Assembly: GCA_965205505.1 (NCBI GenBank)
Contig: CBDBHB010000009.1
Span: 1,120,001 to 1,184,000, forward strand
DNA: 64,000 bases
Source of the DNA: Acidobacteriota bacterium
GTDB lineage: Bacteria > Acidobacteriota > UBA890 > WLXD01
Direction of reading: 5' to 3'
Under the pieces are notes generated by a model. That model was not told the DNA's origin. It searched no databases and was given only the letters and a program-made list of their open reading frames with translations. Positions 21,177 to 30,550 of this stretch are shown one piece after another. The stretch's first letter is position 1. Each line of letters begins with the position of its first letter. A program made the translations under genes and the position numbers.

Positions 21177-21409
21177 AGATCCGCCGCTAAGGGCCGCCGA
21201 TAGCTTCGCGGGAACTCGGTGGCCGCAACGCACCGCGAACGTTAGAGGGGCGCTGAGAAGGGGATCTGTCGAGAAACCCGCTCCAAGCGCCGGTCAGTTG
21301 ACTCTCGATGCAACGACCGGTTGACTCTCGACTCGACAGAACGTCGGGCTCGCCGCGAACGTCTACGCGACGAGCTTCCTTCAAACCTCAAACGAGGAGG
21401 TCTCGCCAA

Positions 21410-21613
21410 ATGGCATCAACACCACTATCCGTAATCGACGGGGTGATCATCCAGATCACCAGCCGGGCGCAACTCCTGGAGCTCGTCCGAGCTTCGGGCG
21501 CCGTGCTGGAGAAGCCTACCTGTGGGTCGAGTCAGGATCGTCTCGGGCGCGTCCTGGGGGAGATCTGCATTCCGGCGGAAGAGGAGCCCAGAGGGACGGT
21601 AGTCAGCTTCTGA
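21410..21613 (+). CDS. Small hypothetical protein, copy 2
   Basis: GAGGAGG RBS; 20/46 identical residues to copy 1 without gaps. Confidence 0.7.
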   Translation: MASTPLSVIDGVIIQITSRAQLLELVRASGAVLEKPTCGSSQDRLGRVLGEICIPAEEEPRGTVVSF

Positions 21614-21667
21614 ATCGCGCAAAGGGTCGGCCCGCTCCGGCCTTTTGCACGGCTTAGAAATCTCACC
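21609..21667 (+). repeat. Conserved structured element after small ORF, copy 2
   Basis: 55/59 identical to 15736-15794. Confidence 0.85.
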
Positions 21668-21783
21668 GAGGGCGAGACGCAGAGAGGGTGAGCGTCCGCG
21701 ATGGCGCGACTCTCGACCGAACGAGATCGTGGTCACCACCTCAAGAAGGAGGCGCGTCTGGTGACGTCCGAGTCGATGCAGAG

Positions 21784-22509
21784 CTACTGGGGCTCCCGAG
21801 GAAGGGAGGTAGCGTCGGCGTCGGATGTCAAAGCAGGAGATTCGATTAGACTCGGAGCAACGGGCCGGACTCGTTTCCGAAACCACTGACGACGGGGTCG
21901 CACGGACGCGATCTCGAAGAGCGCATCGGCGAACCTGGCGAGTTCCGTGTTCATACTGCGCAGATCTTCAACTAGTTCGTCATGCTGGGGAAACTGGCGC
22001 TGAATGTCTTGCGGCCGTGCGCCCTTGTTCGACTCTTGCCGCAGAGCTTCCTCCCACCACCGGCGGAACTCTGACTGCCACCGGGTCAGTCTCGGCCGAA
22101 GCCCGTCATTCAGTACGCTTATCACTAACGACGCTACGCCTCCGGCCCGTTCATAGTGCCGGGGCGGCAGAGCCGAAAGCAGAGTCCGCGAGATCGGAAA
22201 GAGCTCGAAGAGCGAATCGAAGACCTCGACCACCAAGTCGGCATCCGGGTCAAATGGGAGGGCGGCCTTCCGGGTCACGAGCTGAACGTAGAGTTTCCAA
22301 GCGACTGTCCGGTCGGCGGGAGTAGTGTCATAGGTGACGCTGCCGAGGCCGAACGGGATGCCTACGGACACCGAGGTTGAATGGCCGCGTCGCCGATGGT
22401 TCACCCAGTGCAGGAGGCCCATTGCTGCGACTCCGATCCAGAACGCGGGGGAGCCGATGACTCCCCAGAACGACTTGATGAGCCAATCGAGGGCGAGCTG
22501 CCCGCTCAA
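21784..22509 (-). CDS. Hypothetical protein, N-terminal TM helix plus helical domain; putative TIR-coupled effector
   Basis: TTG start overlaps the TIR stop (TTGA); AWKLYVQLVTRK, VLNDGLRPRLTRWQ, PQDIQRQFP. Confidence 0.75.
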   Translation of the reverse strand: MSGQLALDWLIKSFWGVIGSPAFWIGVAAMGLLHWVNHRRRGHSTSVSVGIPFGLGSVTYDTTPADRTVAWKLYVQLVTRKAALPFDPDADLVVEVFDSLFELFPISRTLLSALPPRHYERAGGVASLVISVLNDGLRPRLTRWQSEFRRWWEEALRQESNKGARPQDIQRQFPQHDELVEDLRSMNTELARFADALFEIASVRPRRQWFRKRVRPVAPSLIESPALTSDADATSLPREPQ

Positions 22510-22916
22510 TGGTTACCGCGTTGGTTGTACGCCCATTCAATCCACCCCGCGAACTTGTCGGGGTCCCATCCTCCGACGGCGTCTGCCGGGATCCCCGAAG
22601 GAACCGCTCCGGATGAGCCTCTGAGCCGGATCCCGAGGATTCCCTTCCCCTGTCGCGCGCTCTCCTGGATCTCCCAACGCACCCACTCACTCTGCGCCGT
22701 CCGGTTCCCAATGAGGACGACGGCAACCGAGGCGGGCTTTATGTACTCATCCCGAATAACCCTGGTGACATAGCTAACGTCACTGCTCTTGATGCGCCGG
22801 TCGAGCTTGTGGTTGTAGAAGTCGAACCCGTCCAGAATCTGGCGAAGGCCCATGAAGCCCGAGACTTGGGCCGTGTCCTCGTGGTCGAAGCTGATGAAGA
22901 TTCGTCTCTTGGCCAC
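22506..22916 (-). CDS. TIR domain protein, Thoeris ThsB/MTH538 (DUF1863)-like
   Basis: RIFISF, ASVAVVLIGNRT, SEWVRWEI (catalytic Glu position), GKGILGIRL. Confidence 0.87.
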   Translation of the reverse strand: MAKRRIFISFDHEDTAQVSGFMGLRQILDGFDFYNHKLDRRIKSSDVSYVTRVIRDEYIKPASVAVVLIGNRTAQSEWVRWEIQESARQGKGILGIRLRGSSGAVPSGIPADAVGGWDPDKFAGWIEWAYNQRGNH

Positions 22917-23103
22917 CTCAACGCTCTCCCTCAATCGGTCTGTTGACGCCCTGGCCTCGGGGCGAGTTTGTTAGAAGGCCAATGTGTCTCGGGTCCCGAA
23001 ACAACTCAAGGGGAATCCGAACTCGCGGCGGGGTGCCCCCTTTACTAATCCACTACCGGAATCGGCCTACGACACCGGAAACGCCGGGTTGGCGGTCGCG
23101 CGG

Positions 23104-23508
23104 CTAGCTTTGACCCGCCAGTGGGCCACGCCCCCGAACGCCTTCGAGTTCTTGCCAGAAACCGTCGAAGTCCCCCGCAGGTGCGACGCGGTTGTGTGCG
23201 AGCTCGACGATTCTCTTCTCCTCGTCCCGAAATGGGACGGGCAGACCTTTGAGCAATTGAACAACCGCTTCTCGGGCCGCAGGTATGGTCTTGCCCCTCA
23301 GATTGCTCTCGATCGTCGTCGCCAGCAGTACGATCCAGTACTCGCGCGTCTCTTCGCGCTGGTGATCGAGTACGTGTTGTGCCGTCCGCGCTGACCGCTC
23401 CGCGGCCTTTGCCGAGCTACTTGCAGTCCGAGCGGAGTAGCACGAGACGCCGACGGCCAGCAACGCCGCCACAAGCAGACCGAGCGTAAGAAGCTCCGAA
23501 GTATGCAA
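23104..23508 (-). CDS. Hypothetical single-TM protein
   Basis: GGAGA RBS plus TTG; TM LLTLGLLVAALLAVGVS followed by SAKAAERSARTA. Confidence 0.55.
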   Translation of the reverse strand: MHTSELLTLGLLVAALLAVGVSCYSARTASSSAKAAERSARTAQHVLDHQREETREYWIVLLATTIESNLRGKTIPAAREAVVQLLKGLPVPFRDEEKRIVELAHNRVAPAGDFDGFWQELEGVRGRGPLAGQS

Positions 23509-23729
23509 CGCAGTTCTCCGGTTGGTTTCGAGCTGCGGCGAATCTGGATGGGCACAGTCTACGGGTAACCGGACGATGAAACCCTGTCGATGAGCCGGCT
23601 TCGGCACCGCGAAAACGGCCTCAAGGGACGGTCGCCGCGTGACCCCAGTGTGACCTCGACGCAACGAGCGGAAGCGCGCACCGCACCGAAGGACGCCGTA
23701 AATCTCTCATTCTATTCATGTTATTCAAG

Positions 23730-23803
23730 TCGGGGTGGCCGGATTTGAACCGGCGGCCCCCTGCTCCCAAAGCAGGTGCGCTTCCAAGCTGCGCCACACC
23801 CCG
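23730..23803 (-). tRNA. tRNA-Pro (anticodon TGG), CCA not encoded
   Basis: Reverse complement CGGGGTGTGGCGCAGCTTGGAAGCGCACCTGCTTTGGGAGCAGGGGGCCGCCGGTTCAAATCCGGCCACCCCGA folds as a cloverleaf. Confidence 0.97.
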
Positions 23804-23847
23804 TCGTGCAGCGCTCAGGATACAACGCCGCGACCAGATGCTTCGTG

Positions 23848-24492
23848 CTATGAGCCGGGCTTCGAATCCGGGGTCCAGCCTTGTAGGAACTCGATCATCG
23901 CAGCGATGGCCTTGCCGCGATGTGAGCGCTGTGATTTTTCCTCGCGTGTCAGCTCGGCAAAAGCGCGCGTATCACCCGTCGCTCGGAAGATCGGGTCATA
24001 TCCGAATCCTCCTTCGCCGTGCGGCTGACGTGTGATGCGGCCGGTGCAGACGCCGCGACGCTCGCTTACCAGAGCATCCGGGCGCGCCAGCACGACATGG
24101 CATACGAACTGCGCGCCGCGGTGTGTCTCGGCAACGCCGGCAAGGCGTTCGAGCACGGCGAGATTACGTTGCCGCTGCGACAACTCCGGATCGATGTATC
24201 GGGCGGAGTAGACTCCCGGCTCGCCGCCCAGGGCGTCGATCTCCAGACCCGAGTCGTCGGCGAGTGTGACCAACCCGGTCAGCCGGGCATAGTACAGCGC
24301 CTTGCCTCGGGCGTTTCCGGCGAACGTGTCGCTGCTCTCGGGATACTCGTCAGCTCCCTCCGGCAGTGCGCGGCACCGCCAGGGCCCCGCCGCGAGCAGC
24401 GCCGCTATCTCCTCGACCTTGCCGCGGTTGTGTGTGCCGATGAGCAGCTCGATGCCTGCGCTGTTGCCTGGCGGCGCCGCCGCGCCGCTCAT
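23848..24492 (-). CDS. rdgB: Non-canonical purine NTP pyrophosphatase (RdgB/HAM1)
   Basis: THNRGK, ADDSGLEIDALGGEPGVYSARY, GFGYDPIF, SHRGKA. Confidence 0.93.
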   Translation of the reverse strand: MSGAAAPPGNSAGIELLIGTHNRGKVEEIAALLAAGPWRCRALPEGADEYPESSDTFAGNARGKALYYARLTGLVTLADDSGLEIDALGGEPGVYSARYIDPELSQRQRNLAVLERLAGVAETHRGAQFVCHVVLARPDALVSERRGVCTGRITRQPHGEGGFGYDPIFRATGDTRAFAELTREEKSQRSHRGKAIAAMIEFLQGWTPDSKPGS

Positions 24493-24529
24493 CGCGCTAG
24501 CTTCGAGGTAGCGGGCTTCGCGCAGGCCA

Positions 24530-25150
24530 CTAGTAGAGCCAATCGCGGTGGGGGAGGATCGGCCCGGCGAGGTCAAAATGGCCGGTGAGCGTGTCCACGC
24601 TGCTGCCGTCGACGAGGAACTGCACCGCCCTTATTTGCGGGAACGATGTCGTCAACGTGCCTACGACCCCATAGACGGCGTGGATCTCCGCCAGGCTTCC
24701 CTTGCGCATCGAGGTCGGTAGATTGGCGCCGAAGTCGACGTAGGCGATGCCCGCCGTCGATACCCAGACTTCGCGCACTTCGGTTGCGCGGGGCAGCGGT
24801 GAGCCCGGCGTGTCGATCAGCTGCTCAATTGCCAGCTGAGCCTTGGCCGCCAGCGTCAGCGGTGCGTCGAGACGCTGGATACGCGGCACCAGGCGGCGAT
24901 TCGCGGAATCGATCAGGAACAGCTGTAGGGTCACGGATTCGGTTGCTATTGGGGCCGTTTCATCAGGCGGCGGCGTGTCCGGACTGGCGCCCAGGGCTGC
25001 GTCGGCGCTGCGCTCGTCGGTGATCGCGGCGCTCGGCGCAGCGGGTCGCCCCAGACGATTCACCACCAGTAGCAGCACGGCGAGGCCGATGGTGATGGCG
25101 GCGGCGATAACGCCGACCCGAATTGGGAGGGAGCGAGCGTCAGCGGCCAT
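24530..25150 (-). CDS. GerMN domain-containing protein
   Basis: N-terminal TM; AYVDF, VQFLVDG..TLTGHFDL; typical position after an amidase. Confidence 0.85.
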   Translation of the reverse strand: MAADARSLPIRVGVIAAAITIGLAVLLLVVNRLGRPAAPSAAITDERSADAALGASPDTPPPDETAPIATESVTLQLFLIDSANRRLVPRIQRLDAPLTLAAKAQLAIEQLIDTPGSPLPRATEVREVWVSTAGIAYVDFGANLPTSMRKGSLAEIHAVYGVVGTLTTSFPQIRAVQFLVDGSSVDTLTGHFDLAGPILPHRDWLY

Positions 25151-26063
25151 GGCCGGTTGCGTATGCCGCGCGATTTACGGGCTGGGCGCGGCCGGCGAGC
25201 GCGGCGTGCTGCTGGCGGAAGTTGTTGATGCCGCGATACAGGGCTTCGGCGATCTGCTGCCGGAACCCCGGGTCGGCGATCATTGCGGCATCGTCGGGGT
25301 TGGACAGGTAACCAAGCTCTACCAGGACGGCGGGCATCGTCGCGCCCTTGAGCACGCGCAGGGGAGCCTGCTTGACGCCCCGGTCGCGTAGTTGCCATAC
25401 GCCGTTCATCGACTGCTGGATCTCCTCCGCCAGGAGGCTGCTTTCGCGCAAGTGCTGGGTGTGGGCCAGATCCCAAAGGATGAAATCCAGCGCCTGCCCG
25501 TCAACGCCGCGGACCGCCTGCGACCCGCCACCGTTCTCGCGTTGCGCCACGCGGCTGGCGATCGTGTCGCTTGCTGCGTCGGAGAGGAAATAGGTCTCTG
25601 GGCCGCGCACGTCCCTGATCCGGTAGGCGTTGGCGTGGATGGACACGAATAGGTCAGCCTGCCAGTTGTTGGCCTTTTCGGTGCGCGTATCCAGGTCCAG
25701 GTCGACGTCGTCCTCGCGAGTCATGAACACCTGTAGCCCGATGCGTCGATAGATCAGCTCGCGCAGGCGCACGGCGATATCGAGGGTTATGTCCTTCTCC
25801 GCGAGGCCGCCGACGCCCGGCGCTCCCGCGGCCCGGCCGCCGTGACCCGGGTCCAGCACGATGGAGCGTAGACCGCCTCCGAGCGACGGAATTTGCTCCG
25901 TTGCATCGAGCGGCCCTTCGGCAGCCGGTGTTGGGTTGCCCGATAGCAGCAGCGCAATCGCAACCAGGGCAGCGACAGGCAGATATATCAGGCTGCTTTT
26001 CGGCCCCTGTGGGGATGGCTGCACGTCGATTGGCACGGTGAATTTCCAACGGAGGCTCTGCAT
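25140..26063 (-). CDS. N-acetylmuramoyl-L-alanine amidase (Amidase_3); start uncertain
   Basis: IVLDPGHGG, EKDITL, FVSIHAN, PAVLVELGYLSN. Confidence 0.92.
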   Translation of the reverse strand: MQSLRWKFTVPIDVQPSPQGPKSSLIYLPVAALVAIALLLSGNPTPAAEGPLDATEQIPSLGGGLRSIVLDPGHGGRAAGAPGVGGLAEKDITLDIAVRLRELIYRRIGLQVFMTREDDVDLDLDTRTEKANNWQADLFVSIHANAYRIRDVRGPETYFLSDAASDTIASRVAQRENGGGSQAVRGVDGQALDFILWDLAHTQHLRESSLLAEEIQQSMNGVWQLRDRGVKQAPLRVLKGATMPAVLVELGYLSNPDDAAMIADPGFRQQIAEALYRGINNFRQQHAALAGRAQPVNRAAYATGHGR

Positions 26064-26201
26064 GATCCATCCAGTAACGGGCTCAGTGCCACTTCGAGAG
26101 CCTTCACTCGTGCGGCTGCCTCCCGGCATCGCGACGCGGACCAAAGTTGCCAGTCTCGGTGTCGGATACCACCCCACTTTGGCTCCGAAGACAGTTTCAT
26201 T

Positions 26202-26582
26202 CTAGATCATGTCGCGCTCCTCTAGCACCTGGCGCGCGACGCGGAAGCACTCGAGCGCCTGCGGGACACCGCAGTAGATCCCCACCACATGGATGATGGC
26301 GCGGATCTCCTCGAAGCTCACGCCGTTGTCGATCGCGCCGCGGCAGTGCAGCTCCCATTCATGCATCTTGCCCAGGGCGCCGATCATCGCCAGGTTCATC
26401 ATCGAGCGCGTTTTCGCATCGATGGCCTCGTCGCCCCATCCGAAACCCCAGCACCAAGCCGTCATGGCCTCCTGGAAGGGGCGCGTGAGGGAGTCCGCGT
26501 TGGCTAGGCTCTGGTCCACATAGTCCCTTCCCAGCGTGGCGCGACGGTTCTCCAGGCCTTTCTCGAACAGCTCTTCATGCAT
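26202..26582 (-). CDS. Carboxymuconolactone decarboxylase family protein
   Basis: GLENRRATLG, WCWG, RSMMNLAM, YCGVP. Confidence 0.88.
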   Translation of the reverse strand: MHEELFEKGLENRRATLGRDYVDQSLANADSLTRPFQEAMTAWCWGFGWGDEAIDAKTRSMMNLAMIGALGKMHEWELHCRGAIDNGVSFEEIRAIIHVVGIYCGVPQALECFRVARQVLEERDMI

Positions 26583-26662
26583 GCAAGTACCTCACCTTCC
26601 TGGCGTTACGAAAAAGGGCCGACGTGCCACCACGATATGCAACGATCATCTGTTACAGGCCA

Positions 26663-28144
26663 CTAGCGCATTATGAATGGATCGGCCATCGGCGCGTCCG
26701 ACGTGTTGATCCAGATGGTCTTCACGCGCGTGTAGTCGCGAATCGCATCGCTGCCTCCCTCGCGACCGAAGCCGGAGTGCTGATTGCCCCCGAATGGGGC
26801 GATGGGCGACACGACGCGCCAGGTGTTGATGTAGGCGATACCGCTCGAAAGAGCATGGCCGACGCGCAGGGCGCGACCGATGTCGCGCGTAAACGCACCG
26901 CCGGCAAGCGCGAAGCGGCTGCTGTTGGCGATCTCGATCGCCTCGGCCTCGTCGGTGAACTTGCGCACGCTCAGCACCGGGCCGAAGAGTTCCTCTTCGA
27001 AGGTCGGCAGGCCGTCGTGCGGGCAAGTGATGATCGTGGGTTGCCAGTAGAAGCCTTTCGGCTGATCCGGCGGACGTCCTCCGCCGGTCAACATCGTGCC
27101 GCCGCCGGCAACCGTGTCGGCAACGAGCCGCTCTATACGGTCGCGCTGTCGCGCCGTGCAAAGTGGACCCATCTCGGTGGCGTGGTCGAGAGGATCGCCG
27201 ATGCGAATCGACTCGGCGGTTGCTATCAGCCGTGCCATCAGCTCGTCGTGGACACTCTCGTGCACCAACAGGCGCGAGCTTGCCACGCATGACTGGCCGG
27301 CGGCGCCGAACACGCCTGCCACGACACCGTTCGCAGCGCTGTCCAGATCGGCATCGTCGAAAACGATCAGCGGCGACTTGCCGCCCAGCTCCAACGATAG
27401 CGTGGCCAGGTTTTCGGCCGTGTTGCACACTATGTGCCGAGCGGTCTCGGTACCGCCGGTGAACGCCACCCGCGCGACGTCGGGGTGGCTGGTCAACCGC
27501 TTACCGCAACGCTCACCGAAGCCGGTGATGATGTTGACCACCCCCGGTGGGAACCCCGCCGCGTCGATCAGCTCTGCGAACTTCAGCAGCGTCGCCGGCC
27601 CCTCCTCCGACGCCTTGAGCACAACGGTGTTGCCTGCCGCCAGCGCCGGAGCGAGCTTCGATGCTGTGAGGAGAATCTGCCCATTCCAGGGGATCACGGC
27701 GGCCACCACGCCAAGCGGCTCGCGCACCGTCATGGTGATCATCTCGGGCTTGTCGATCGGCAGGACGGCGCCCTCGATCTTGTCCGCCATACCCCCGAAG
27801 TAGTGGTAGTAGCTCGCCATATAGGCAGCCTGCCCGGCGGTCTCACGGATGATCTTGCCGGTGTCTCTCGTCTCGATCTCGGCGAACTCGGAGGACCGCT
27901 CGATCAGCAAGTCGCCGAGTCGGCGCAGGAGGTGGCCGCGTTCGGTAGCGGTCATCGCAGCCCAGGGTCCGGTGGTGAGGGCGCTGCTGGCTGCAGCGAC
28001 GGCGCGATCGACGTCCTCCTCACCGGCCTCTGGCGCGGTCGCCCAGACTGTCTCGTGTGCCGGATCGAGGCTCTCGAATCGAGCGCCGTCCGCCGCCTCG
28101 CAAAACGCGCCATCGATAAACAGCTTGAATTCCACTGGGGTCAT
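26663..28144 (-). CDS. Aldehyde dehydrogenase
   Basis: IPWN, FTGG, LELGGKSP, GQSCVA, EELFGPV. Confidence 0.95.
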   Translation of the reverse strand: MTPVEFKLFIDGAFCEAADGARFESLDPAHETVWATAPEAGEEDVDRAVAAASSALTTGPWAAMTATERGHLLRRLGDLLIERSSEFAEIETRDTGKIIRETAGQAAYMASYYHYFGGMADKIEGAVLPIDKPEMITMTVREPLGVVAAVIPWNGQILLTASKLAPALAAGNTVVLKASEEGPATLLKFAELIDAAGFPPGVVNIITGFGERCGKRLTSHPDVARVAFTGGTETARHIVCNTAENLATLSLELGGKSPLIVFDDADLDSAANGVVAGVFGAAGQSCVASSRLLVHESVHDELMARLIATAESIRIGDPLDHATEMGPLCTARQRDRIERLVADTVAGGGTMLTGGGRPPDQPKGFYWQPTIITCPHDGLPTFEEELFGPVLSVRKFTDEAEAIEIANSSRFALAGGAFTRDIGRALRVGHALSSGIAYINTWRVVSPIAPFGGNQHSGFGREGGSDAIRDYTRVKTIWINTSDAPMADPFIMR

Positions 28145-28968
28145 TCCTCCTCAGGCAGGAGATGCAGATCGGAAGCATGCTCGTTCAGGAAGTCGAGCAC
28201 CAACTCGGCCATCGCATCGGCCCCCTCGACGGGAGCCATGTGCGCGAGGTCGGGCAGGATCACGGCGCGGCCGTTGCCGAGCGCTGCCGCGAGCGCTCTG
28301 GCCATGTCGGGCGTCGAGCCGGAGTCGAGAGCGCCCGTAGTCACCAGAGTCGGGCAGCTCATGCGCTGCAGGTCTTCGTTGCCGGGGCGATCGGGCTTGG
28401 CGAATATCGCGTAGGCGGCGAGGAAGTCTCCTCGGTTGTTGCTTTGCAGCCGAGCACGCACCTGATCGATCGCTTCAGGCTCCCGCGCCCTGAACCTCGG
28501 CGTGAACCAGCGGGCAATCGCGGCGTCGATGATGCTGTCGGGCCCGTCCTCGGTGGCTTGGTCGAGCCTCGATTGCACGGCGGCGATCTGCTCGGGCCGC
28601 CGCCGGAAGACGCTGCTGATCAGAATCAAGCGAGTCAGCTTGTCCGGGCGGGTCAGCGCAAACCGTCGGGCCACCAACGCGCCGAGAGAGAATCCGGCGA
28701 GCGCGACGCGATCCAGACTCAGATGGTCGAGCAGGTGCTCGAGCTGGTCGGCGAACCCGGTTAGGCTGATACCGAGCGCGCCCGAGCCCGACTCGCCGTG
28801 ACCCGCCAGATCGTAGCGGACGATCGTGTGTTTGTGGGCGAGCCGGGCCGCCAGCGGCCTCCACATCTCGCGGTCGAGGCCGACGCCATGGATCAAGACC
28901 ACCACCGAGCCTGAGCCGATTACCTCGTAGGCGGTGTTTGCGGCGTTGCCGGCGATGGAATCTGTCAT
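28141..28968 (-). CDS. Alpha/beta hydrolase (3-oxoadipate enol-lactonase-like)
   Basis: LIHGVG, GHGES, GFSLG nucleophile elbow, AHM. Confidence 0.88.
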   Translation of the reverse strand: MTDSIAGNAANTAYEVIGSGSVVVLIHGVGLDREMWRPLAARLAHKHTIVRYDLAGHGESGSGALGISLTGFADQLEHLLDHLSLDRVALAGFSLGALVARRFALTRPDKLTRLILISSVFRRRPEQIAAVQSRLDQATEDGPDSIIDAAIARWFTPRFRAREPEAIDQVRARLQSNNRGDFLAAYAIFAKPDRPGNEDLQRMSCPTLVTTGALDSGSTPDMARALAAALGNGRAVILPDLAHMAPVEGADAMAELVLDFLNEHASDLHLLPEEE

Positions 28969-29136
28969 CGGTCTCCTGGGCGCAGTGGCGATCTACCGTA
29001 CTTCGGGAGCAGCTCCCACCGCGAGGGGCGGCAACCGGTCTGCGGTAGCAGTAGAGGACGTCTGGCGAAAACGTGTGGCCTGTGTTTGAGTGCCGACGCT
29101 GCACCCAGCGGCCACTATTACGAGGCGGAATGACCA

Positions 29137-30516
29137 ATGAGCGTACCGCGTGAGCGACGAATGCCTGTCCTGGTCGCGCTGATAGCACTGACATTGCCGG
29201 CGGTCGGTTGTGCCGAGGTCGACAACGGTGCCTCGCCCCAATCTGACGTCACCGCGATCACCGGCGCACGCATCATCGACGGCAACGGTGGCGAGCCAGT
29301 GGCGGATGGCGTAGTCGTGATCCGCGGCGAGCGCATCGAAGCGGTCGGGCCGGCGAGCACGACTCCGGTGCCCGACGGCGCCCGGATCATCGATGCAACG
29401 GGGCAGACTGCCCTGCCGGGCCTGGCGGACATGCATGTTCACCTGGGACAGGGCGGCTGGGACGGCACGACGGCGGATTTCCTCGGGTTTCAGCGCTATC
29501 TCAACGCGCACCTCTATGCCGGCGTCACTACCGTCCTGACGCTGGGCGACTCGGGGCCGCATATCCAACAGATCCACGACGAGATCGAGGCCGGTCGACT
29601 GTTGGGCCCCCGGGTGTACTTCGCCGGTCCCATGTTCGACGGACCGGAGCCGTCGTGGCCCGAACTGTCCTATGCGATCTCGTCAGAGTCGCAGATGCAG
29701 GGCTATGTACGCAAGCTCAAGGCTGCCGGCGCCCATGTCATCAAGGGCTACGGGGGCCTGACCGACGAGATGCTCGTGCACCTGGTCGAAGCGGCGGAGC
29801 TGGAAGGACTCCCGGTCATCGTGGACGCCTGGCGCCGCAACGGCTCTGCGGGGTCCGCGGCCACCGGGATCACCGCTTTCGCACACTTGGGACGCGAGGT
29901 TACCGACGAAGCGATCGAGGTAATGCTCCGAGGGGGTGTGGCAACCATCACGACGGCCACCCTGGCCGACTCGCGGTTGCGGTGGCAAGAGCGCGGTGGT
30001 GACTTCGCCGAGGCGCCGCTGGTGGGCGCGGTTACCCCGCCGTGGGTGTTCGAGCCGCTCACCGACGTGGTGATCCGGGGGCAGGGGACGTCGTATGGCA
30101 GCGGCGGGGCGGAGCAGCGCAGCACGCTGTTGCACAACGCCAAGCGAATGTTCGATGCCGGCATCATGCTGGTGGCAGGCACCGACACACCGGCGCCTGG
30201 GTTGTTCTTCGGCGAAGGATTACATCGTGAGTTGGAACTTCTGGTCGAAGCCGGGCTGACCCCTCTGCAGGCGATCTCGACGGCAACGCGCAACGCTGCG
30301 GCGCTGATGCAAGCAGATGACTGGGGCACCCTCGAGGCGGGTAAACGCGCCGACGTATTGATCGTCGATGGCGATCCCAGCATCAGCATCGGCGATACGC
30401 GGAACATCGCTGTGCTCCTGCAAGGCGGCAGGGTCGTTGATCGCCAGCAGCTCGAGTTCGACTCCGCGACCGATCCCGGCTACAGAGCCGCCGGTAACGT
30501 CACCCGGCCGCGGTAG
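29137..30516 (+). CDS. Exported amidohydrolase family protein
   Basis: Lipoprotein-like signal (AVGC), PGLADMHVH, AGTD, GTLEAGKRAD. Confidence 0.9.
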   Translation: MSVPRERRMPVLVALIALTLPAVGCAEVDNGASPQSDVTAITGARIIDGNGGEPVADGVVVIRGERIEAVGPASTTPVPDGARIIDATGQTALPGLADMHVHLGQGGWDGTTADFLGFQRYLNAHLYAGVTTVLTLGDSGPHIQQIHDEIEAGRLLGPRVYFAGPMFDGPEPSWPELSYAISSESQMQGYVRKLKAAGAHVIKGYGGLTDEMLVHLVEAAELEGLPVIVDAWRRNGSAGSAATGITAFAHLGREVTDEAIEVMLRGGVATITTATLADSRLRWQERGGDFAEAPLVGAVTPPWVFEPLTDVVIRGQGTSYGSGGAEQRSTLLHNAKRMFDAGIMLVAGTDTPAPGLFFGEGLHRELELLVEAGLTPLQAISTATRNAAALMQADDWGTLEAGKRADVLIVDGDPSISIGDTRNIAVLLQGGRVVDRQQLEFDSATDPGYRAAGNVTRPR

Positions 30517-30550
30517 CGCGATCGCTGCCATCATCGACGGAAGCACGTAG

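Noticed and set aside
21290-21335. GTTGACTCTCGA direct repeat and CCGGTC/GACCGG hairpin upstream of small ORF copy 2
   Set aside because: Only two units and no counterpart upstream of copy 1; possibly regulatory but not supportable.
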